Shown here: positions 9,881 through 17,607 of the stretch, one piece after another | How positions within the stretch are numbered: position 1 is the first letter of the stretch | Layout: each line of letters starts with the position of its first letter | Program-made: the position numbers and the translations under genes | The notes under the pieces: model-generated | Database searches by the model: none | Seen by the model: the letters and a program-made list of their open reading frames with translations, nothing else | What the model was told of the DNA's origin: nothing | IMG/VR virus record: IMGVR_UViG_3300033153_009650 | Location: 25,130 to 89,129 of that record | Direction: 5' to 3' (one strand) | DNA from: a virus | DNA length: 64,000 nt

Positions 9881-10431
9881 AATGACATTAATTCACTTCT
9901 GGCAGCGAAACCTTTGTTAGAATCCTCCAAAAATATTCCTTTCAAAGAGCTGTATCCCATAATAGAATTTTGTTTTTCAACTCCTCTACAAGCAATACAA
10001 AGGTGTTTTGCCTCGGTTAGACACGCTGCTCCAAGAGGATTTAAATATTTCATTAAAGTATTAGTAACTTGTTCACCAATTCTTTCCTGTATTTGAAGTC
10101 GATGAGAAAAAATATCTAAAAGACGGGCCATCTTAGATACTCCAATAACAGGTCCATTAGGAATGTAAGCAATAAAAGCATTACCATAAAATGGAAGTAT
10201 ATGATGTTCGCACATACTATAAAATTCGATATCCTTCAAATAAATAAGTCCTCCGAATTGTTCCTCTTCATCTTCAAAGGTCTTGATTACATCTTCTGGA
10301 CTTTCACTATATCCTGAGAATAAATGTTTAAATGATTCAATAACTCTCTCAGGGGTTTCAATCAGTCCTTCTCTACTTGGATCGTCTCCTGTTAACTTTA
10401 GGAGTTCGGTTACTATTTGTTTTTCTTTCAT
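9868..10431 (-). CDS. folE: GTP cyclohydrolase I
   Basis: REGLIETPERV, SMCEHH, SKMARL, RLQIQER, HLCIACRG. Confidence 0.96.
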   Translation of the reverse strand: MKEKQIVTELLKLTGDDPSREGLIETPERVIESFKHLFSGYSESPEDVIKTFEDEEEQFGGLIYLKDIEFYSMCEHHILPFYGNAFIAYIPNGPVIGVSKMARLLDIFSHRLQIQERIGEQVTNTLMKYLNPLGAACLTEAKHLCIACRGVEKQNSIMGYSSLKGIFLEDSNKGFAARSELMSLWTR

Positions 10432-10456
10432 AAAGGCTCCTTAAAACAAAAAGGTT

Positions 10457-10503
10457 CTGGTGGGAATATTCTCAAGTTCTTCTCTGAAGATTTTTCCCAC
10501 CAG
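10457..10503 (-). terminator. hairpin, probable terminator or processing site upstream of folE
   Basis: 10-bp inverted repeat CTGGTGGGAA/TTCCCACCAG; T-rich tract follows on - strand. Confidence 0.5.
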
Positions 10504-10534
10504 TCCTTATATCTTTAAATTTTTCCTTTCCTCT

Positions 10535-11026
10535 TTATGAGACCACTTTGAAAACGCCCTTGTTCTCTTTGACTTCAAGTCCTTTATCCTTTTTGAGATG
10601 TTGGAGATGACCTTTAACCCTGCCTTCTTTTACTCCTAATTTCTCAGCGGCTTTCTCAATGGTAGTTCCTTTGAAAAAGAGTTCATCCAATGCGGCTGAC
10701 TGAGAGCCAAGCTTATGGCCATATCTGCTTTTCTCTTTGACAGATTTTGCTTTCTTTTCTTTCGGAGGTTTTGATTCCGATGGTTTTGATTCTGGAGGTT
10801 TTGGCATTTCAAATCCCAGGACCTTTAAAGTAGCAATTGATTCTTTTGTCAACTTGTCACCAGGCTCCAGCATTTTTGTGACCTTTTTGATCTCATTTAT
10901 CAATTTATCTTTCGTGGTTTTCTGCGCTGTTGGTAAGGCTGGTTCAAGATCCATAAGGTTGTTCAGGTCCTTTGCCAATTCAATCAATTCCTTTACTGTG
11001 GGTTCATTATTTTTCTTTTTCGCCAT
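10535..11026 (-). CDS. Lys-rich protein with C-terminal HTH-like segment
   Basis: TIEKAAEKLGVKEGRVKGHL; strong RBS. Confidence 0.55.
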   Translation of the reverse strand: MAKKKNNEPTVKELIELAKDLNNLMDLEPALPTAQKTTKDKLINEIKKVTKMLEPGDKLTKESIATLKVLGFEMPKPPESKPSESKPPKEKKAKSVKEKSRYGHKLGSQSAALDELFFKGTTIEKAAEKLGVKEGRVKGHLQHLKKDKGLEVKENKGVFKVVS

Positions 11027-11072
11027 TTTCTTTTCTCCTTTCCTTTTTTTTGATTAAATGGTTAATGACTGT

Positions 11073-11510
11073 CTATCTCTCTTTCCTTATAAGATTCCCT
11101 CCTTTAAGAATACTATGGATTTCAGGATTCCCAGACAGGTTGTCTCCAAAACGGTTAGTAAATCCAAATCCATGTAATGTCCCTAAACCTTCATTTATCA
11201 AGCACGATTCATATATCTTTCGTAGAAGATCTGGTTGATTTTTTGGAAAATATTTTTTTACAGAATTTACTTGTTTAAGGAATTTTGTTGTTTTTGTTTT
11301 TGCTGATCCTTTTACAGATTTGATTATTGGATGATAAAAATTAACAAGCATATCCATTATACTCAAGTATAAACTTTTCAAGGAAGGATAGGGCCAGTAG
11401 TTAAGATTTGGCATACTTAACAAAATATCCGACATTATCTCGTTAGGATTGGCGTCATAAGGATAAGATCTTTTCTTGCCATTGATAATTATTAAAATAG
11501 ATTCTTTCAC
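11073..11510 (-). CDS. hypothetical protein
   Basis: 145-aa ORF behind promoter repeat and AAAGGAGG. Confidence 0.6.
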   Translation of the reverse strand: MKESILIIINGKKRSYPYDANPNEIMSDILLSMPNLNYWPYPSLKSLYLSIMDMLVNFYHPIIKSVKGSAKTKTTKFLKQVNSVKKYFPKNQPDLLRKIYESCLINEGLGTLHGFGFTNRFGDNLSGNPEIHSILKGGNLIRKER

Positions 11511-11518
11511 TCTTTCAC

Positions 11519-11565
11519 CTCCTTTCTAAGTATTATATATTATTTTCAGATGTTTTTAATATTTT
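11519..11565 (-). promoter_or_regulatory. repeated promoter plus RBS cassette, copy 1
   Basis: 47 bp with 3 mismatches to 17561-17607; contains TATAAT and AGAAAGGAG on - strand. Confidence 0.7.
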
Positions 11566-11572
11566 TTTTGTT

Positions 11573-12226
11573 TTAAATCCCTCTTTTTTCAGAATCCCAA
11601 ATGATTTTATGTAGTTGCACATTCACAGTCACGTCCCAAAACTTATCCTTTTTAATCATTGAGATTAAATCTGCCGGACTAAACTTTCCAAATACTGTGC
11701 TCAATGCCACATTAGCTTGACTCCCCAAATCTCTTAATCTGGAAACTGTTTCCTTTGCCAGATAGTATTCTTCTGGGCTTTGAAGAACCAACTTAATCCA
11801 ATCACAAGAAGTCAAACGAGTAAAGTTTTTTGTAATCATCTTTTCCCAACACCATAACTTGTAATCAACAATCCAACCAAAATTTTCGTCATATAAATCT
11901 TGGGGAAGCTCAATACTTCCATTTGTTTCTACTGTGACTTTATGCCCTTTATACAGAAGCTCTTTAATTAAAGGAATTAATTCTCTCACCTGCAATAAGG
12001 GCTCTCCTCCAGTAATCGTAATTTTTTTACAACCAATAGTCTTAACAAGATTAAAAATAGCGGCTTGTTCATATATTTCCCCAGCATTTGCTTTCTGAGC
12101 ATACTTGGTATCACAGTAAGGACATTTTAAATTGCATCCGGCAAAACGAATAAATGTTGACATTGTTCCTTGATGAAAAGTGCTAACTTCTCCGTCGATA
12201 CTGGTAAAGATTTCGTTTATAATCAT
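11573..12226 (-). CDS. queE: 7-carboxy-7-deazaguanine synthase (radical SAM)
   Basis: EIFTSIDGE, FIRFAGCNLKCPYCDT, TGGEP, VETNG, VQLHKIIW; ATG 12226 has RBS. Confidence 0.95.
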   Translation of the reverse strand: MIINEIFTSIDGEVSTFHQGTMSTFIRFAGCNLKCPYCDTKYAQKANAGEIYEQAAIFNLVKTIGCKKITITGGEPLLQVRELIPLIKELLYKGHKVTVETNGSIELPQDLYDENFGWIVDYKLWCWEKMITKNFTRLTSCDWIKLVLQSPEEYYLAKETVSRLRDLGSQANVALSTVFGKFSPADLISMIKKDKFWDVTVNVQLHKIIWDSEKRGI

Positions 12227-12355
12227 TTTCTTTCTCCTTTCCAAAATAACGTTTCATTATAAGTTTCCATGTTATTTTTCTGAATGGAATTGATCCTACA
12301 GCTATATCATAATATGAGCAGTATGCTTATCTCCGGCAGCTAAGTAAATTTTCAT
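12183..12355 (-). pseudogene. micro-gene D (frameshifted/shortened), same family as A
   Basis: MKIYLAAG.. coupled to queD stop (TAATG); -1 frame continues SYYDIAVGSIPFRKITWKLIMKR. Confidence 0.55.
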
Positions 12356-12762
12356 TAAGCCGTCACCTCTGCGTATGATGTTGGGGTTTCATAGAGACGA
12401 ACAAAAGATATCTTTCCCTCTATCCTCATCTCCTCCCACCTATTCTGTAAACGACTCAGTATCCAAATAACCATATTCTCCGCTGTTGGCATTTCCCAAG
12501 GGAAGTTAATCCCAAGTTGCCCGGGTTCTGATTTTAAATCATTGAGCAAAACATGATCAACATGATCAAGAATCTCCTGTTTTACTATGATTTTTAAATG
12601 GGTAAAATCAATCACCATTCCCGAGTCATAGTCTATCTTTCCTTTAACTCCGACTAAAAGTCGGTATCCATGGCCGTGAAGACTTTTACATTTTCCCTTA
12701 TATCCCGGCAGACGATGAGCCGCATCAAAAGTAAATTCCTTAATCACTGTTACCTGATTCAT
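12355..12762 (-). CDS. queD: 6-carboxy-5,6,7,8-tetrahydropterin synthase
   Basis: FTFDAAHRL, C..LHGH, GMVIDF, PTAEN, YETPTS; ATG 12762 has RBS (ORF track extends to 12876). Confidence 0.95.
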   Translation of the reverse strand: MNQVTVIKEFTFDAAHRLPGYKGKCKSLHGHGYRLLVGVKGKIDYDSGMVIDFTHLKIIVKQEILDHVDHVLLNDLKSEPGQLGINFPWEMPTAENMVIWILSRLQNRWEEMRIEGKISFVRLYETPTSYAEVTA

Positions 12763-12868
12763 TTTTCCTCTCCTTTCGTTTATAGTTTTTAGCCATTTAT
12801 ATAATTCATCTCCGATAGCTTCTCTTAAGTTTTTTTCTTGATGTTTTGCTATATTTTTTATTCTTGAT

Positions 12869-13536
12869 CTATACATCTCTCACTCTCTGGATTATGGCAA
12901 TTTTGCCTTCTTCAAACTGAAATCCATTGCAGATTTCCTTAAGAATTATAGGAGTCTGTTTGTTTCTGCTAAATCCAATATTAACCCATCGACCGTTAAA
13001 TGAAGTCAAGGCATTAATAATATATTTTGGATTAATCTTTATTTCAATCTTTTGTTTGATAGATTTATCTGTATCAATTTTTCCTTCCATTTTTCCTATG
13101 TCAAGATTTAAAACTTTTATTTTAAGACTACGTCCAAAAATAAGACTCATAGCGATATATCTTTTGTCTGTCAATATTTTGGCATATCTTGCCAGATGTA
13201 ATAATTCAATTCGATTAATTCTTATTATATGATCAAAATCTTTCTGTAATATATTGCTAATATCTGGATATTTCAGATTTTCACTGATGGGAGATAAAAT
13301 TATAATATTCTCTTTCTTTTCTAAACTATATAACCCTTCCTCTCTCTGTTGACCAAAATAACCTATATGAAGACTATATCCATCACTGGCAAACAAATTT
13401 CCTTGTTTCACATATAAATAACCAAGAGATTTAAATATTACAGTTTCTTTCATAACCTTGGCACAAAATGTAACTGTATCAAAGTCAGATCTATTCCTTT
13501 TCCTGTCAATTCTAATTTGTTTTATTTTTTTTTCAT
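12869..13536 (-). CDS. second, two-domain sliding-clamp-like protein; 5' end out of frame at A9 tract
   Basis: FASDGYSLH, YPDI, INPKYII clamp-like motifs; frame open upstream of 13453 up to A9 run after ATG 13536. Confidence 0.6.
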
Positions 13537-14996
13537 ATTAAGCAACTATCCAAGTAAGGTTTTCCAATTTTGAGTTGTTGAAGAACTATGCACTGTTGAG
13601 AAACGCTGAAATCATCATCTCTTATTTTCATTGGAGAGATTCTCATAATCCCCAACTCTTTTTCTTCTGGAGTTTGATTTAAAGAAAAAGCAATATCTAC
13701 TTCTGCCTTTTTTCTAATATCCTCAGCAAAGTCTCCCGATCTTACAACTTTTGAATCGTCTCTTCCTGTATTACTCTGACTACCAGTTACAATTAAACAG
13801 TGCTTTTCCATAGCAAGAGCTTTATGCATTAATACCGTTTCGTATATCCTGTGACGGTATTCATTGGTCTTTGAATTCTCAGGAGCAAACTTGTCTGCAT
13901 AATCAGTCACGATTATATCAGGAACCCATCCTTCATAGTATTCCCAATTATCAAGCATTCCTCTAAGTTTTGAAATATTCAGAGAGTTAGGAGGAGGGGT
14001 TATTAACTTAAATCTGTTGCCTCTTAAAAAAGTTTTCTTCAAAGCCTGCCCTTTATCAATTCCATCTTTAGCCGTTAGTTCTTCTTTTCTTTTCACAATA
14101 TGATAAACAGCTGGTTTAAATTCTTCTGTTCCTCTACACTTGGTACAATATTTTCCTAAATCTGTTTTTCTACATTTTTTATTTTGTCTTAATTCACAAT
14201 CAAATACAGGAATTGAAATTTTGCCCGCCCATCTGGATTTAGGGAGTCCTGTCAAATTATGCTGAATTCTTCTTGTCATTTGTTTTTCCGACATTTCCAA
14301 ACTAATGAACAAAACATTAAACCCTATGAACAATCCTCTCAATGCAATTTCTTGAAGCCACCATGTTTTTCCTCTTCCCATTGGACCAACGACCATTATT
14401 AACATATCCCTTTCAAAAGATCCAAACATCTTACCTAAATCGCCAGGCAGAGCAAACATCCTATCTCCTACATCTTTATCAAATGCTTTCTTAATTACCT
14501 TTGGGTCTGTGATAGGATCTATTCCGATTGTTTCCGATCTGGCTATTCTACTAAAATTGGCAATGAGAGTTTCTGCTTCTTCCACATTATCATTAACAAG
14601 ATCGCTTGACAATTGCTGTCTTAGAATTTCTAAGGATGACTTTCTGAAATGAATTTCTGACTTATCGAGGATATAATCTATATTGAATGTCTGACTACTT
14701 TCATATTCTCCTGAGATGCTGGCAAGGAAATCTCTTATCAAGGCAATCTGATCAGGATCATTTTCTCTTTTTTCATAGGTTAAAAATAGATCCTGAATTT
14801 GTTTCCCTGGGGCTTGCTTATATTGACCATAATATTTTTTGCACCATTCTGCAATAGTTTTGGCATAAGGCAAAAGAAGAAAATCAGGACGATAGATATC
14901 CAACACTTGCGTCAAAAAGTTAGTACTGATTATCATTCCTGTTATGATTTGCCGTTCTATACGACTATCGATTATGGGTTTACGTCTGGTGATCAT
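13533..14996 (-). CDS. replicative helicase, DnaB/SF4-like
   Basis: GPMGRGKT Walker A, FISLEMS, IVTDYAD, TGSQ, AEDIRK. Confidence 0.9.
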   Translation of the reverse strand: MITRRKPIIDSRIERQIITGMIISTNFLTQVLDIYRPDFLLLPYAKTIAEWCKKYYGQYKQAPGKQIQDLFLTYEKRENDPDQIALIRDFLASISGEYESSQTFNIDYILDKSEIHFRKSSLEILRQQLSSDLVNDNVEEAETLIANFSRIARSETIGIDPITDPKVIKKAFDKDVGDRMFALPGDLGKMFGSFERDMLIMVVGPMGRGKTWWLQEIALRGLFIGFNVLFISLEMSEKQMTRRIQHNLTGLPKSRWAGKISIPVFDCELRQNKKCRKTDLGKYCTKCRGTEEFKPAVYHIVKRKEELTAKDGIDKGQALKKTFLRGNRFKLITPPPNSLNISKLRGMLDNWEYYEGWVPDIIVTDYADKFAPENSKTNEYRHRIYETVLMHKALAMEKHCLIVTGSQSNTGRDDSKVVRSGDFAEDIRKKAEVDIAFSLNQTPEEKELGIMRISPMKIRDDDFSVSQQCIVLQQLKIGKPYLDSCLI

Positions 14997-15886
14997 GAAT
15001 AGTAAAATTCCTCCTTAGGAGTTTTTCGGATTGTCCCTGTAGGTTCTTTTTTCTTTCTTAATACTTTTGGTTTATGTTTTTCAGGTTGGGATTGTAAATA
15101 TGCAGACATGATGTTTTCAAATTTGGTTAAACCATTTTTAGATTTATGACGAAGAACAACAAGACTCCTTAAATTTGCTTTCCAAAAATTATTATTCAGA
15201 ACCCATTTTATTACAGGAGTAATTTCTTTTTGGAAGTTGAATCCATCAATACGAACCAACTTGTCTAAAGTATCAACAGAATTAGAAATGACAGAACCTT
15301 TTGGAGAGGATTTGTTTGTATCCCAAATACTATGCATATCCTTACCTCCTGTTATGGAGGCTCTTTCCTTTAGAAACCAGTTGGAAAGATTTTTGTAAAG
15401 TCTGTGATTTTTGATTTTGGGGTAAATATTTTTCTTATTACTATATATCTTATTACTATATATCTTATTACTATACCCTTGGTTTTCTATTTCTGGATTA
15501 TCTATTTCATGGAAATCTAAAACAAGCTTTTCAAGTTTATCTTCATTTATTATCGTCGGAGTTGAAAAACAAATATGGACCCAATTAGTTATTCTCTTTT
15601 TTTCATCCCTCATAGAAGTTCTGTATAAATAATGATTTTTAATTAATTCGTTAATGGAAGATCTTATGGCGGTTTCTCCGTCTGTAGAAGTAGATGTTAG
15701 ACTACTAATCCATAATTTCCAATTGTCAGGTCGGGTCATTATGTAGGCATGAAGACCTTTTGCTTTAAAAGATAAATTCTTGTCCAATAAGGAAGTTAGA
15801 TTAATAGTTTTGTGGTATTCGTCTTGCTTGCCTGCTTTGACGATTATTAACATGCCTTTTTGAGGATCGTTTCTTTTATATTCCAA
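14993..15886 (-). CDS. phage replication initiator (HTH)
   Basis: DKNLSFKAKGL..YI..RP..W, DGETAIRSSINEL; TTG 15886 follows GGAGG; internal repeats. Confidence 0.75.
   Translation of the reverse strand: MEYKRNDPQKGMLIIVKAGKQDEYHKTINLTSLLDKNLSFKAKGLHAYIMTRPDNWKLWISSLTSTSTDGETAIRSSINELIKNHYLYRTSMRDEKKRITNWVHICFSTPTIINEDKLEKLVLDFHEIDNPEIENQGYSNKIYSNKIYSNKKNIYPKIKNHRLYKNLSNWFLKERASITGGKDMHSIWDTNKSSPKGSVISNSVDTLDKLVRIDGFNFQKEITPVIKWVLNNNFWKANLRSLVVLRHKSKNGLTKFENIMSAYLQSQPEKHKPKVLRKKKEPTGTIRKTPKEEFYYS
15433..15475. repeat. three tandem 15-bp repeats (TCTTATTACTATATA) within initiator gene; candidate origin iterons
   Basis: Copies at 15433, 15448, 15463 encoding YSNKI x3. Confidence 0.6.
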
Positions 15887-16042
15887 AGACAACCTCCCAG
15901 GTGTTGGCAACAGTCGTATGTTGCGAAGGTTAATAAGAAAAGAGGGTATGTCGGGGACACACCACTATCCCCGACACAAAACCTTGTTGGCCTCAAGGCA
16001 CCCTGCACCGGACCGACTGGAAAAAATATCCAATCTGAGGGT

Positions 16043-16071
16043 ATAATATAATAGTAAATTAAAGAAATCAA
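16043..16071 (-). promoter_or_regulatory. sigma70-type promoter for initiator/helicase operon
   Basis: TTGATT-17-TATTAT; leader has hairpin TGTCGGGGA/TCCCCGACA at 15949-15976. Confidence 0.7.
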
Positions 16072-16105
16072 GTATTTTTTTATTTTTTTTATTTTCCTAA
16101 ATATT

Positions 16106-17011
16106 TCAATTAGATAACAGTTCTGATTTCAATTGTCGCGCGTCTTTTTGCGACATGTTTGCAGGGTCGTCTTCTGTGGATATAATTTCTACATCTTTTC
16201 CAAATCCATTTAAAATGATAGCTAATTTATCTGCTTGCGCTTGTGCTTGTGGATCATCATCAAAGAAAACGAAATAAGATTCAAATTGATTTAGAAGCAT
16301 TCTGACTTGGCTCTTAGTAAATTCAATTCCAAAGGTTCCGACCGCTCCAGGACCAAATCTCCAAACATCGGTAATCCCTTCGACTATGATCACTGATTTA
16401 TTTTTGGTTTTATCAATTCCATAGAGTGTATGTTTGTGGTGAAGAATTTCATTTTCCATTTCACAGGCTTTATACTTTGCTTCTTGTCTATCTGTAATAT
16501 CTCTACCTTGATAGCTAACGAATTGATTTTGAAAATAAATAGGGGCTATAATTCTAAATCTATAATCTCCAAGATGACTTGTTCCTTTAAGATTCCATTC
16601 ATGGATAAGGTCGTCAGGATCAAAATTTCTGGATAATAGGTATTTTCTGTGAAAATCACTAAGAGACTGGCAATTTGGAGGAAAAGTCATGCCTTTATAT
16701 TGGGGAGAGGGTAAACGTCGAGTCTCACCTATGTCTCGACTGGATTCAGGCTTGTTTTTATATTTTTTAAGGTAGGTTTTGGCTGCGGGAAAAGAACATC
16801 CTAATAATTCCATGATAATATCGGGAAGAGATCTCCATCCGCAGCGCCAACAATTATAATATTCCTTTTCGATATTAAAACCTCCGTGCCAACCTTCATG
16901 TCCTGAACAGAATGGACATTTGATTTGTATCCATTTTGTCCTGGCGTGTTTGCCTCGGTCAGTATTTGGGATTCCAAAATCGTCAAGGAATTGTTTAATG
17001 TTGAATATCAT
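16106..17011 (-). CDS. DNA primase (Zn finger plus TOPRIM)
   Basis: CPFC, CWRCG, YQGR, IVEGITD, FFDDD, DPA. Confidence 0.9.
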   Translation of the reverse strand: MIFNIKQFLDDFGIPNTDRGKHARTKWIQIKCPFCSGHEGWHGGFNIEKEYYNCWRCGWRSLPDIIMELLGCSFPAAKTYLKKYKNKPESSRDIGETRRLPSPQYKGMTFPPNCQSLSDFHRKYLLSRNFDPDDLIHEWNLKGTSHLGDYRFRIIAPIYFQNQFVSYQGRDITDRQEAKYKACEMENEILHHKHTLYGIDKTKNKSVIIVEGITDVWRFGPGAVGTFGIEFTKSQVRMLLNQFESYFVFFDDDPQAQAQADKLAIILNGFGKDVEIISTEDDPANMSQKDARQLKSELLSN

Positions 17012-17172
17012 TAACGGTCCTTTGTCTGTTGAATTTTTTGATTATCGACAAGTATGCTTAAACATATAGGACATATGGACCAAAACGTGGTTGCTGGATC
17101 ATAAGGATCTCCGTCTCTATCTGTTAGAGCTTCGCAATCATCGATATTTCTATCACATTCAGGACAATACAT
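17011..17172 (-). CDS. small Zn-finger protein
   Basis: MYCPECDR...CPIC; RBS AAGGAG. Confidence 0.55.
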   Translation of the reverse strand: MYCPECDRNIDDCEALTDRDGDPYDPATTFWSICPICLSILVDNQKIQQTKDR

Positions 17173-17202
17173 TATTATCTCCTTATTTTAGGTTATTGGT
17201 CG

Positions 17203-17382
17203 TTACATAAGCTCCTCAATATAATCAGGTTCCAGACCAAACCAATCCTCGCATATATCATAAGGTATTTCTCCTGCTTCTAATCTTTCAGCAAGATCTG
17301 TTTTGGCTTCATCAATTAAATCTTCTGCTTCTTCCTCTGTCATGCGATCCCTTTTCATAAGAATGTCTTTAATTTTTTCCAT
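17203..17382 (-). CDS. small acidic phage hypothetical protein
   Basis: MEKIKDILMKRD...DICEDWFGLEPDYIEELM. Confidence 0.65.
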   Translation of the reverse strand: MEKIKDILMKRDRMTEEEAEDLIDEAKTDLAERLEAGEIPYDICEDWFGLEPDYIEELM

Positions 17383-17554
17383 TACGTTCCTTCTCTATTT
17401 CTCTTAAAAGTCCATCTCGTTGTCGACAACGAATGCATCCTTCTTCTTTTCTTTCTCCTCTGGCAATACACATTGTTAATAACATCCAATTAGCTTGTTT
17501 ATAACACCAAAAGAAATTTTTCTTTGCTGGTTTCCTTCGAATATATTCTGTCAT
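17369..17554 (-). CDS. hypothetical protein
   Basis: 61 aa behind promoter/RBS repeat. Confidence 0.55.
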   Translation of the reverse strand: MTEYIRRKPAKKNFFWCYKQANWMLLTMCIARGERKEEGCIRCRQRDGLLREIEKERNGKN

Positions 17555-17560
17555 TTAGTT

Positions 17561-17607
17561 CTCCTTTCTAAGTATTATATATTATTTTTAGACTTTTTTA
17601 ATATTTT
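17561..17607 (-). promoter_or_regulatory. repeated promoter plus RBS cassette, copy 2
   Basis: Near-identical to 11519-11565. Confidence 0.7.

Noticed and set aside
10432-10534. preQ1 riboswitch upstream of folE
   Set aside because: Only a simple hairpin; I could not find the preQ1-I loop and A-rich tail on the coding strand.
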